A DNA stretch of 64,000 nucleotides from Eledone cirrhosa. Its lineage: Eukaryota. Position numbers and translations under genes: made by a program. The stretch covers positions 210,366,001 through 210,430,000 of the forward strand of contig OZ024740.1 in the NCBI GenBank assembly GCA_964016885.1, read 5' to 3'. Under the pieces are notes generated by a model. That model was not told the origin of the DNA, did not search any database, and saw only the letters and a program-made list of their open reading frames with translations. This document shows, piece by piece, positions 48,010-64,000 of this stretch (positions within the stretch are counted from its first letter, which is position 1; the number at the start of each line of letters is the position of its first letter).

Positions 48010-49808
48010 GCCTTCCTACATCATACAAAATTTTCACATCAAACTTTATGGATGAAAATCATTTTTTCCCTATTGAGCAGAAAGGTTGTTGCTGTGGGTG
48101 TTACACGTACAAAGATCAACTTCTCATTAACCGCATCATTCTGGAAAACTGTCATATAAAGTATAGAAATCTGAGTATTGCTTGGATCGACTACAAGAAA
48201 ACATTTAACAGTGTTCCACACACAGGGATTTTGAAAACTTTGGATGTTCTGAAGATTTTCCCAGTAATATCAAACTTCCTGAAATACATGTCTCTATAGA
48301 ATACAAGCCTATCATTGTCACCCAATGATGGAATTATAAATTCCAACAGCATAAGTATTAACTGTGGGTTTTTTCAAGGTGATTCGTTTTCTCCTCTCAT
48401 ATTTTACATTGCACTCACACCGCTGTCTTTAACACTCAACAATATAAAATATGGCTACAAAATAGACAGTAAAACAATAAATCACCTGTTTTATATGGAT
48501 GACTTGAAGCTGTATGCCAAAAATGACAACGAATTGGAAGGATTGCTGAAGACAGTCAAGGTGTTTAGCGATGATGTGGGGATGGAGTTTGGATTGGAAA
48601 AATGCACCAAAGAAACATTCAAGAAATGACAAGCACAAACTCAATGGAAATAAATGTGAATACAATATTTAGGGAACTAGAACAAGAACAAGCCTACAGA
48701 TATCTAGGGATCAATGAATGCCAAGGTATTTACCACGCCAGCATGAAAGAGAGAATCAGGAAGGAATTCTACCGGAGACTACGTGCTGTCATGAAACAGA
48801 GCTTAACTTGGGAAATAAATTATCTGCCATAAATGCGCTTGCAATCCCTGTTGTCACCTGCAGTTTCAATATTATAAATTGGAAAGTTAACGAAATTAAG
48901 AGAATGGACGCCAAAATCAAGAAACTTTTGACCTGTAATAGAATACATCACCCAAAAGCAGATGTGGATTGCCTTTATCTCCCTAGACAAAATGGCGGTA
49001 GTAGAGAAATGATCCAGCTTGAGCTTTCATACAGGATATTGACCATTGGACTCAATCAGTAGCTTAAAACCACAGGTGACTGGATAATGAAAATGGTCAC
49101 AGTTCACGAAAGAGGGAAGAGGTTACATTCAGTCACAAAGGAAAGTAGGAAATTCGCAGAACTGGAAATACAGTTTGAAAATAATAATGGTGATTCTGAA
49201 ATTAAAGCCGCAAAGAATATCAAAGTGTTGGCAAAACATGAAGAGACTGTGTACTAAGTACAGGTTTTATAGTCCGAAAACAGAAGGAAAATGGTATAAC
49301 AATCACCCAGATGCAGTAACTGGAGGCGAGAATGTGACAATCCTCTGGGACAGAACAATCAAGACCAACAGACCTGTATAATTGTAAAGGACCATAAAGA
49401 TAAAACATGTTTCTTAATTGACATGAGCATTCCATCTCGAAAGAGTTCGGAAAGCTCAGTAAGTATCAAGATCTATCAATTGAATTGAGAAAATGTGGCA
49501 TCTTAAGGTCTGTACAGTACCAAGTGATAGTCGGCGCACTTGGAATGGTAATAAAGAGTACTGAAAAATATTTGGACCGAATACCAGGAAAGCCATCTCT
49601 GCAAGAGTTACAGAAAATAGTGCTGACTGGCGCTGTCCATGTCACGAGAAGGGCATTATTAATTTATAAATCTTTGCAAAAACATTTACTGTTGTTTGTG
49701 CCATTCTGGCATCATTTGTTTGATTGTAAAATGTGTGTAGTATCAAATTTTGCCTCAGGTGCCAGGTGACACACGGCATGATTTGGGAAAGAAACAGAAT
49801 TCAAGGAA
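48010..49808 (+). mobile_element. R4/Dong-like non-LTR element, 5'-truncated and decayed (family R-a)
   Basis: EQKGC, KDQLLIN, WIDYKK.FNSVPH, GFFQGDSFSPL, HLFYMDDLKLY, YRYLG, RLE region RP...FLIDMS, VIVGALG. Confidence 0.85.
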
Positions 49809-50160
49809 AAAAGATCGTGCCTGATTGTAGATGTAGCCTGCCCCTTTGACACAAAAGTGCAAGAAAAGGAAAACGAGAAAATTAACCGATACCAGGATTT
49901 AAAGTGAGAATTTTAAAAGATTTGGGATTGTCATGAGATCAAGGTCGTCCCGATTGTTGAAGAGTTTTCAAGGATGGTTAAAGAACATTAGGCCAGCCCC
50001 CTTTTTTGGAACACTTCAAAAGGCATGCTTGCTGGGAACAGCAAGAACCCTCCGATACATCCTGAATATCTGAGGGTGCAGGTAGCGGTTTGATGTTCAT
50101 TTGAACAAACTTTCCAGTTAAATAACATCAATGACTGAGATTCCAAGAAAAAAAAATAAT
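49806..50160 (+). mobile_element. 5'-truncated R4/Dong copy (family R-b 3' end)
   Basis: Aligns with 56588-56960 (GAAAAAAGATCGTGCCTGATTGT...CATCAATGACTGAGA). Confidence 0.85.
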
Positions 50161-51981
50161 GCTTTCTTTATTAACCACAAGGGTTGACATAAAGTATAAC
50201 ATTAAGGACAGCACACGACAGTACAAATGGGCATTTCTGCGCGTAAAGAAAAAAACAATAACAAAGTAAATAACAAAAAAATGAAACAAAGGAAAATTCC
50301 CCAATAGTGGGTGGGGGGACTTCCGAGGGTCACTCGTGGAGAAATCCCATTAAAAAAAGCCACAATAACCTCACCCACTTACCTCAGATTCACCCTTTAT
50401 TTTCTTTTTGGAGGGCGAAGAGGATTTTTCGTTTTGGGTTTCTTTTTTTTTTCCAGATATAGTTTCCCACCCCTCCTCCTCGTCTCAATCTTTCTCCAGT
50501 TGTGAGAGGTCAGGAAGTGGTTGTGGCGTGGTGGATGGTGGAGGCGCTGGCGCTACTTCTGGCGCGGTGCGGTGGTGGCATTGGTCTTGCTACTGTTGCT
50601 GCTACAGATGCTGCTGTCGTTGCTGCCATTCCTGCTGCTGGTTTTGATGGTTGAGTCACTGGGGTGGACAGGATAGGTGGCCTGAACTTTTTAGCCATCC
50701 CCTGGGGGCAGAAGGTCTTTAGGTGGGTTCCTTTGCCACAAACGACACACCTAGGCATTCTACCTTCAACGTTTACGGTGAGGTGGCTGCCGTCATCGAG
50801 GTCTATCACCTCTGGAATCTCTTGGATGTTTTTGGGGTCCGCTTGGATCAGGAGCTCCATTCCAGATCTGGACCAGTTCTCCTGTTTTACTCTAATCACC
50901 TCGATCAATTTTGTGTCGACCTCGATGTCGGCGAGGACGGCGGCCATCAGCCAGGGAATTTCAATGGCCGGCGGAACCTGGGTCACCCCGATTCTTACCA
51001 GCTTCTGGCCAGGTAGGGACGAGTGTGAACTCGTCATTTTTTAATGGGGCCATGGAGTGCTCTCTGGATTCCTGTGGGGTTCCAAAGAACACGTCCACGG
51101 TTCCATATCTTTGTTCACGTTTGATGTGGGCTTTTGAGCCCACATATGTCCCAAAGCTTTTTGGATTTGGGACTCGGATGCCCGCTCCACTCGGCGTATT
51201 TTTATATTGATTGTACGAAAAGATACAGTACATAGGCGCCAATGCTCTATGGTATTTGATGGGGGGTCAAGCTGACCCTGTAACCATTTTTGTTTTCACC
51301 ATTCGCTTGGCCTCATTCAGTTCTTCTTGGCTTACCTCAATCGTTTCGTTTTGGTTCGCCGCTTTAGCAAAATACACATTTGGTTTTGCTGGTGTTGATG
51401 TTGTTGTTATTCTTATTGTTGCTGTTGTTATTGTTATTTTTGTTAATATTATTTTTTGTTTCGGTTGTTATTGTTGTTGTTGTTGTTGTTGTTGTTGTGG
51501 GGTGGGGGTGGGGGTTGTTGTTGGATGTACACTCTTCGACAGTGTGGTGGTGGAGATGGCGGCTTTAACACCTGTAGATATCGGCAAAGGCTGGAAATCT
51601 ATGTCTGCACGTGACAAACCTAAGTAACTGCTACTGTTGCTGCCGCCGCCAGCGAAAATATTTTCGGTCTTGGCAACTGTAGCAAGGCTTACAATGGTGG
51701 TGGTGGGAGATGTTGGTCTGTTAGAGCTGCTGTCACGAGACAGCTGGTTAGATTTGGGTAGGCGAATACTGTCCATATTTAAACAAATATTGCTTGTTTG
51801 ACAAAATAAAGTTTAAATTTTGGGCTCAAGGCCCCAATGTTATTGAGTGTCCTTTTCAGAAAGCAATATATATTAACTTATAAACACTTAACAAAAGTTT
51901 TCCATAACTGGCAATTCGAAACAATTGAAAACAACAAACCTTTAGGAGCTCACGATAATACGATTTCCTACGTAAGTCGCC
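50161..51981 (-). mobile_element. ORF1-only (HAL1-like) derivative of the Tx1-like LINE, inserted in (TAA)n
   Basis: Same 5' end (GGCGACYTACGTAG) and 3' end (CCTTGTGGTTAATAAAGAAA) as 30091-35483; ORF1 remnant with CVVCGKGTHLKTFC; ORF2 absent. Confidence 0.85.
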
Positions 51982-52017
<36 letters not shown>

Positions 52018-52059
52018 TATTATTATAATAATAATAATAATAATAATAATAAAGGTCAT

Positions 52060-52750
52060 GAAATCGCTCCCGTAAGTTTTTGATTTTTAACATATTTAAA
52101 TCAATTGTGAAATAGCAATTCTTAGTACAAATGATACATAAAGCACCGGACTCAACCATCAGAAAAATTCGGATCCATAATATTCTGTTATACCGCTCAA
52201 ATATTTAATTTTGTATTATACATTTTTATATTCAAAAAAGAAAATGGCTGTAAATGGAAGAAAACCCCCTCTGTCTACACTATATAGAACAGCCAAATAA
52301 CAGCAATTTCACCAACACCACAAACTAGATACACCAACTATCCCATCACCCCCCCCCCCCTCTCTGTGTACACTAAATACAACAGCCAGATAACGGCAAT
52401 TTCACCACCACCACCACCAATCCCAGCATAATAATAATAATTACTATTATTATTGTCTCAAGTTTTCACAAAATGTTTAAATCCAATATTAAGAAAATAT
52501 GTCAACACATATATTAAACATACGCGACTAACCGCATAGATTCACCGATCAAACAAACAAACTACAGTCTATTCAACAAAAGTCAGTAACGACAACGCCA
52601 TCACTACAGTCACCGCCGCCACCACCCCATCCATCATTGCTACCACTATCAAATCACCGCTGCCACCACTCCTTCATTGCTACCACCGCTATTCCCCCAT
52701 TACCTTCTGTTAACTTACGAAAGGGGAAGGTGGCGGTATCACTAGACAAT
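52060..52750. repeat. Non-coding unit A, copy 1 (direct repeat of 57017-57640)
   Basis: GAAATCGCT...CCGTAAGTTTTTGATTTTTAACATATTTAAA...GAAAACCCCCTCTGTCTACACTA..., collinear with copy 2. Confidence 0.85.
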
Positions 52751-53455
52751 ATTAATATTTAATTTTGGATCAGGAATGTTAGAGTCGAAAAGGAGGAAAT
52801 GGCAAAATGACTAAATAGTTAGCTAAATAGCTAAATAGCTAAGTGGACAGAGAAGATAATTTCACCACCAACACCACCACCACTACCACGCTAAAAACTC
52901 TGGTCAAGTTGCCTCAACTTCAACACCATCACTACAGTGCTACGATCACATCACCACCACCACTGCCTCATTATCGCTACCGCCGCTATTCTCTCCCACT
53001 ACCTCCTGCTAAGTACTCCTAGCACAGCACCACCACTGCCTCATTATCACTACCGCCGCTATTCTCTCCCACTGCCTCCCGCTAACACATGCATCGTAGT
53101 GTCCCCACTAAAAGAGGAAGGCATCAAAATATATAAATAGACCGAATTAATGACCCGGTCAAAAAATCAAAAAACCAAAAATCAAAATCAAAGCAGCACA
53201 GCAACAACGAAAAACGTAAAGAAAAGAAAAATGAAGAGAAAAACAAACAGACGGACAGAGAAGGGAAGGGAAAAACTAAGTCAGACAGTCAAACATTACA
53301 TTACAATGAAACTTATGCTTATTCTTTTTTGGGTTTTTTTTTTGCCTGTTTGTTTGTTTGTTTATTTATGTTCGTCTACAGCGTGATAGTGCCACACAAA
53401 AATCACCGGTGGTTATGTAACCATACATTCACCAATCCTCGATAAGAGTGTTTAA

Positions 53456-56400
53456 ATGTCGAACCTAAACAGTTCGAATAACGGTGAAGTGGAGACTAGA
53501 ATGTCATGTGACAGACTCTCACCCAGCAGGTGCTCCCTGGCTCAGCAGCAGGGACCTGGCTGTCAACCAAATACTGCTGGTGCCGGAGGAAGAAGAAGAA
53601 GGAAAGGGACCAGAACCAACTGGACGAAAGAATTGAATAGAACTGTTATGCAATGTTACCTGAAGAGTAACCCCAATGAGAAAGGCTATAGGAAACGGAT
53701 GCATAACATCTGGAACGAGATTGGTCTATTTAAATTAGATGAACAAAAATTTGCCGGGCAGGCTCGGGTAATAAGAACTAATGGGTGGATAAGCGAGCTG
53801 GAACTGGAGGAACTGAGCAGAGAGATTAGCTTGGAAATGGAGAGTGGAGTATGCCAGGCAAACGAACCAGTGGGAAATGAAGGTGAAGAGGGTGAGAGAA
53901 CGGAGGAACCATCCGAAGCAGACAATGATCTGAATACTGAAATAAATAATACCTGGAACAAAGATACGGCCATTGAGGAGATGAATGCTGACGGGCTAGG
54001 ACAAGATTTGGTTGATATCCTAAACTTAGTGGTAGATGAATTAAACAATGATAGTGGGAAACCTATGAACCTAAGATTTGTAGACAGGAAAAAGTTAAAA
54101 GAAACAACAGCTAAGGTAAACAAAGTCATACCATACCTTGAGGCGAGGAGCCTTCACCAGTGCAACAATATCCTCAAAGCAACAGCAAATGCGGTGAGGA
54201 AATTACTTGGTATAAAAGCGAGAGGAAACAGCAAACAAGAAAGATCAGAGACTTGGTGGAAGAAACGACTGAGTGGTCAAATCAGGGAAATGAGAACTGA
54301 CATTGGAAAGCTTGAGGTCCTACTGAATGGGACACTAAAAAACATAGACACTAAAAATAGACTGGAAATAAAGTACAAAACTAGGAGGAAAAAGCTAAAT
54401 ATTATCATAGAGGAACTGAAGCAACGCATTGTAGCAAAGAGTGCAAAAAATAGGCGATACGAGAGCAGAGTCAGTCAGTATAGACAGAACCGCATGTTTG
54501 ACAACAACCAGAAGATGCTGTTTGGACAGCTTGAGGGGAAAGAAAGAGGCAACGAATTGATCCCTGAGGCGGAACAAACTAAAACATTCTGGAGAGGAAT
54601 ATGGGAGCAGGATGTTAAACATAATGACCAGACAGTGTGGATTGAGACAGTACAGAAGGAGATTAGTGAACAGGCACACCAACAAACTGACTTGAGTATC
54701 ACAGTTGAAACTCTTAAGGGGCAGGCCAAAAAACTAACCAACTGGAAATCACCAGGCCCAGATGGTATGCAGGGGTATTGGATTAAAAATATAACATCCC
54801 TCCACCCGAAACTGACAACCATGTTCAATGACTGCTTGATGTCAGGTGAAGTACCAGAGTGGTTGACATAAGGTACCACAGTTATGGTAATGAAGGACCG
54901 AATCAAGGGTAATGATGTTACCAACTATAGACCTATCACATGTCTGTCCGTAATGTGGAAACTGTTGACAAGCATTATGTCTGAGGAAATCTACCATCAC
55001 CTCCACACAAACAACTTGTTACCGGACGAACAGAAAGGATGCCGAAAGAAGTCCCGTGGTACAAAGGACCAGTTACTTATTGATAAGATGGTAATGAGAA
55101 ATTGCAAGAGGAGACACACTGGTCTTGCCATGGGATGGATAGACTACAAAAAGGCATTTGACATGGTGCCTCATACTTGGATCACCAAAAGCCTAGAGAT
55201 CTTCAAGATGGCAGATAACATCAGACAGTTGTTGGGCAAAAGTATGAAGTCCTGGGAAACAGAGTTAACATCAGCTGGAGAATCCTTGGGAGGCGTGAAG
55301 ATCAAGAGAGCTATCTTCCAAGGAGATAGTCTGTCCCCTATCTTGTTTGTCCTTGCCCTGATGCCCCTGACCATTATACTGCGAAAAGTAAGAGCAGGAT
55401 ACAAGTTGGGAAAGGGAGAGCTTACCATCAATCACCTCCTCTTCATGGACGATCTTAAGCTCTTCGGGAAGAGCGAGGAGTTGGATGTGCTTGTTGACAC
55501 TGTCCGTATTTTCAGCAATGATATATGTATGCAATTTGGTATTAGTAAGTGTGGAGTCCTTGTGATGAAGAGGGGTAAATTGAGCAGAAGCAACGGAATC
55601 CAGGTGCCAACAGGTGAGATGATAAAGGAAATTGACACTGAAGAAGGATACAAGTATTTGGGTGTTCTGGAGGCTGATGACATCAAGAACAAAAAAATGA
55701 AGGAATTGATAAGAACTGAATACATTCGGAGAGTAAGGAGCGTATTAAAGTCACATCTGAACAGTAGGAATGCCATAAGTGCAGTAAATTCCCGAGCTGT
55801 GTCTATTATTAGGTACAGTGCGGGAATTCTGAGATGGAATGTTTCTGAACAAAAAGAAATGGATAGGAAGACTAGGAAATTATTGACTACCTACAACATG
55901 TTCCACAAGAGGAGTGATGTCAATAGACTCTACTTAAGGAGATATGAAGGTGGAAGAGGTCTTATCAGCATAGAGGACTGTGTTCAGATGGAGAAAAACA
56001 ACCTACACAAATACGTGACTGATAGTAAGGAGCCAATGCTCAGAATTGTACTGAAGGAGAGAACAATAGACCAGGGGATGTCCAAGGAGGAAATAACAAC
56101 AAGGAGAAAGAGCAACCTTCATGAAAAATCCCTTCATAGTACCTTCTTTGAGAAAACTGAATTTAGAGATCCACAGACATGGAACTGGTTGAAAAGAGGA
56201 GACCTTAAAAAGGCTACAGAAGGAATGTTAATGGCTGCGCAAGAGCAGGCTCTCAAAACGAAGTGATTGAAACACCATATTTACAAGGAGGAGGCTAGCC
56301 CACTGTGCAGGATCTGTGGAGAGATAGAGGAGACTGTGGCTCACATTGTATCCGAGTGTAAACACCTAGCCCAGACTCACTATAAGGGCTGGAGACATGA

Positions 56401-56878
56401 TGTGATGGGCAGGGTGATCCACTGGCACCTATGCAAAGTAAACAATTTACCACATTCTGAGAAGTGGTATGAGCATAAGCCAGAGTCGGTGATAGAAAAC
56501 GATCAGGTGAAGGTGCTGTGGGATTTTAGGATACAGACGGACAAGAAACTGGAACACAATAGACCTGACCTGGTGGTTTTGGACAAAGAAAAAAGATCGT
56601 GCCTGATTGTGGATGTGGCCTGCCCATTCGACACGAGAGTGCAGGAGAAGGAGAGGGAGAAAATTAACCGATACCAGGACTTAAAGTGGGAGGTAAAAAG
56701 GATTTGGAACTGCCATGAAGTCAAAGTGGTCCCGATTGTCATAGGCGCACTAGGTACTATCTCCAAAAGTTTCCAGGGATGGTTAAAGAAAATTGGCCCC
56801 TTCACGCTTTTTGGAACGCTTCAAAAGGCATGCTTTCTGGGAACAGCAAGAACCCTCCGATACGTCCTGAATATCTGA
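53456..56878 (+). pseudogene. R4/Dong-like non-LTR retrotransposon ORF (RT + CCHC + PD-(D/E)xK endonuclease), two in-frame stops
   Basis: ORFs 53456-54871, 54884-56266 and 56267-56878 share one frame; [75 protein letters not shown]; (TAA)n tail at 56958-56978. Confidence 0.93.
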
Positions 56879-57016
56879 GGCTGCAGGTAGTGGCTTGATA
56901 TTCATTTCAACAAACTTTCCAGTTAACTAACATCAATGACTGAGACTCAAAGAACACTAATAATAATAATAATAATAAGATAAGGGAAGAAGACGCACGT
57001 GGTGGATAGTGTTATG

Positions 57017-57640
57017 GAATCGCTGCCGTAAGTTTTTGATTTTTAACATATTTAAAACAATTGTGATATAACAATTCTTAGTACAAATGGGACATAAAGC
57101 ACCAGTCTGAGCTATCAGGAAATGAGAACCCATAATACCCTGGCATATGGCTCAAATATTCAATTTTGTATTATACATTTTGTATTCAAAAAAGAAAATG
57201 GTTATAAATGGAAGAAAACCCCCTCTGTCTACACTAAATAGAACAGCCAAATAACAGCAATTTCACCACCACCACAACCTAGATACACCACCTATCCCAC
57301 CACCCCTCTGTGTACACTAAAAACAACAGCCAGATAACGGCAATTTCACCATAACCACCACCAATCCCAGCATAATAATAATTATTATTATTATTGTATC
57401 TCAAGTTTTCTCAAAATGTTTAATTCAAATATTAAGGAAATATATCAACACATATTAAACATAGGCGACAAACCGCATAGATATACAGATCAAACAAACA
57501 CATACTACCTACAGTCTATTCAACAGAACTCAGTAGCGACATCGCCATCACTACAGTCACCGCCACCACCACTCCATCATTGCTACCCCACTACCTTCTG
57601 TTAACTTAAGAAAGGTGAATGTAGCTGTAACATTAGACAA
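57017..57640. repeat. Non-coding unit A, copy 2
   Basis: Diverged direct repeat of 52060-52750. Confidence 0.85.
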
Positions 57641-58065
57641 GGGAGAGGCTAGCAAAAGATATAAATACACTGAATTAGTGACCCGGTCAAACGTTAATGA
57701 CTATGGCACTGCTGAGCCCCCTTCCCCACCAACAATAGAAAATGCCCCAGCACCACCACCGACATAGCCAACAACAACAACAACATGCAACTTCAACAAA
57801 AAGTATATTATTTGTATATCTAAAACAGAGAATGTCTGTTTCTCTGTCTGTCTGTCCAATCACTAGAACTCGAGAACCACCCAACCGAGTTTTTTCAAAC
57901 TTTACACATGTAATACTTATGGTCCTGTGAGTTTTTTGAGCAAAGTAATTTCAAATTTTCAATGCCCTAGAGACCGCATTAGGCGATTTAGCGATCTCTC
58001 TCTATAATTCTTAGTCTTTTTCTTTTTAGATAGATACATAGATATAACGTTGCACCCTTATAATA

Positions 58066-58174
<109 letters not shown>

Positions 58175-58309
58175 CGTGTAACGTTTTTCGAAATATTTAC
58201 TTCAGCGTACACAGATTGATTTTTTAAATTTTAGTTTCAGAAGATTCTGTTAAGGGTGAAAGCAACGATTCTTTGCTTAAACTTTAATCTGTTATATATA
58301 TATATATAA

Positions 58310-61786
<3,477 letters not shown>

Positions 61787-61947
61787 ATATATATATAATT
61801 ATATATTCGTGTACAGATATTTTTGCATACACAATAACAAAATATAAACAAACATATTTATTTCACGAGGCTCGATAAGGATAAATATATATCAAATATA
61901 TGAGAACCCTAGAGCAAATCCCGAACAACGCCGGGCCATTCTGCTAG

Positions 61948-62628
61948 TCTAACCTATAATAAAGTAAGAAGAGCGGGACTGCGTACGGTTTATAATTTTT
62001 TATCCCTTAGTAAATTAAGTTGGATTACTTTGAATAAATAAGGAATGAATATTACATAATTTATCTACTAAATTTCGTGGCTGTTCATTAAATATGTTAT
62101 TACTTATTTAAAGATTCACTTCTTTAAAATTTTCAAATGTCAACTCTTCCGGTTAGTGATCGTTTAAATAAATATTCATATATTTCTGTCACTAATTTTC
62201 TCCTAATGCAGTTTATATATAATATCGTCTTTTTTTAATGTATCATGGATTCCGTTACTGATTACATAAAGCACTGTAACATAGTCTTCGTTCAATTTCT
62301 GTGTATATTGTCAATTACGATTTTATTTAATCATATCTACATGCATATATACTTGCGTATAATATCAATATGGACACTACACATGCTAGCAGATATATAA
62401 TATCGTCTTTTTTTAATGTATCATGGATTACGTAACTGATTACATAAGAGAATGTAACACAGTTTTCGTTCAATTTCTGTGTATATTGTCAATTACGATT
62501 TTATTTGATGTATCATATCTACATGCGTATATCTACATGTGTATATTGATATTATACTTGCGTATAATATCAATATACACACTACACATGGTAGTAGAAA
62601 ACCACCCGAAGGGTAGTTTTTCTGCTAG
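61948..62628 (+). mobile_element. Non-autonomous Helitron (family H2) with an internal ~180-bp duplication
   Basis: Starts TC, ends with hairpin AGAAAACCACCCGAAGGGTAGTTTTTCT-GCTAG|T; homologous to 15108-15590. Confidence 0.8.
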
Positions 62629-62639
62629 TATTATTAATA

Positions 62640-64000
62640 ATAATTTCTTTCTTAGCCACGCAGTGCTCACATAAGAAACCACCCATGATAATAACAATTT
62701 AAAAAAAAAACCCGTGATCAAGAAATACCGGGATGGCGGCCGGCGGGGAATAGCCGTGTCTCTAGGGGAGGACAACCCCTCTAGTCTTGGTTGACACTCG
62801 TCCTAAGAGTGGTAACACGAAATGATTACCCCTTGGCGGTTAAGGATAAAACGCAACAAAATAAAGTAAATGTCAAATGATAAAATCTCATACCGGATCG
62901 GCCATCACCCGGGTCAAAAAGGGGCGTGTCCATCTGAGACGAACCAAACTGGGGTCGAAAAGTCAGCTAATGGTTCAAACCTTCCAATCAATTCGGAGCT
63001 GGAGACCTCCCATAACCGGAATACTCCTACTGTTGGCCCTTCATGCTCACCACCAAGAAATACAAAGAAAAAGAGAGGAAAATGGTCAAGGGAAGACGAT
63101 AAAGAAGTTCTTGGGGCTTTCTACACTGCCATGTACTACCCATCAATTAGGTCGAATACAGAACAGACATATATCAACTGGAAAAAGAAACATCCCAAAA
63201 AGAGGCTATATTGACAGTAACAAACTAGCCAATATACAAAGAAATATTGTTAAGAAAAAGTTACTAACTGATATAGAAATTGATCAGATCAAGCAATTAG
63301 CACAAAGTCAGCGAAGGGAAAATGAAACATGTGTCAATGAAAACAAAGTAAATTGTAACACTTTAAATCCCAGGGGCAGGGCGGAATCACTGACAGCAGA
63401 ACAAATTCAAGAAAAGATCGAAAAAGTGGAAGGAGTGCATGCTCAAGATAGTACTCAAAATGAAAATAATGAGATCGTAAATGATAAAGAAATGAATGAG
63501 AATGAACTCGCCAGCTTGAAGAATGAAATAAGATCGATTGGATGAAAATGAAAGAATCTGACATGGGGGAACGAGACACTCTCCCTAAGATCCAGAACTC
63601 CAAACAGAACCAAAGGATAATACACAAGACTAACATAATTCTCAAAAACATTATCATCACAAACAAACTAAGCATTACTGATCAAAATCATGTCTATTAT
63701 TTATCGGCTAAAGTCACCACTCACTTATGTGGAGTGAAAATGAAAAAACAAAGGAATTCCCACAAGAAACCTACTTGGCAAGAGAACATCAATCGCCAAA
63801 TAAACCTTCTCTGATCTGACATAGACATTTTAACAAACTACAAAGTAGGTGAACATGTTAAAAAAACTAAACTTAGAAAATTGAAAAGAAAATACAGTAT
63901 AAAATCAACAAGTGACATAGACATGCTGATAGAAACAATCAAGCAAAAAGTGTCGGCCAAAGCTGCTCGTATAAGGCGCTTTGAAAAACGATCTAGATTC
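62640..64000 (+). mobile_element. 5' part of another R4/Dong-like element (family R-c), decayed, runs off the window
   Basis: Follows TTAATAATAA; N-terminal KRGKWSRED.KEV..AFY, LANIQRNIVKKKLLTDIEI, KPTWQ, IETIKQKVSAKAARIRRF parallels the 53456 ORF. Confidence 0.75.

Noticed and set aside
56264-56266. Programmed readthrough or selenocysteine at the in-frame TGA of the R4 ORF
   Set aside because: A TAA also interrupts the ORF; simple nonsense mutation is the more economical explanation.
62720-62850. HDV-like ribozyme at the 5' ends of the R4 elements (also 53400-53455)
   Set aside because: Expected from the family, but I could not build the nested P1-P4 pseudoknot by eye; needs a descriptor search.

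Overview
A eukaryotic, microsatellite-saturated, essentially gene-free repeat graveyard. The SINE types, the RTE/SINE tails and the (TA)n/(CA)n/(TAA)n load suggest an octopod cephalopod, but that is an inference. I found no host protein-coding gene. The window holds nested retroelements: two Neptune-like Penelope (PLE) copies, several Naiad-like PLE pieces, two RTE LINEs, one near-complete and one ORF1-only L1/Tx1-like LINE, four R4/Dong-like pieces, CRE-like fragments, tRNA-derived SINEs and two solo LTRs. It also holds Helitron derivatives and a Chapaev3-like transposase remnant. The most interesting signal is missed by the ORF track: a population of short non-coding inserts next to (TA)n tracts, built as an inverted 3' arm + hammerhead-ribozyme (HHR) motif + 3' arm + tail. 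At least 8 sequence-unrelated HHR-like motifs are present, including long stem-II forms, a U3-A8 covariant core and a divergent core. All folds and alignments were made by eye and need computational and experimental confirmation.
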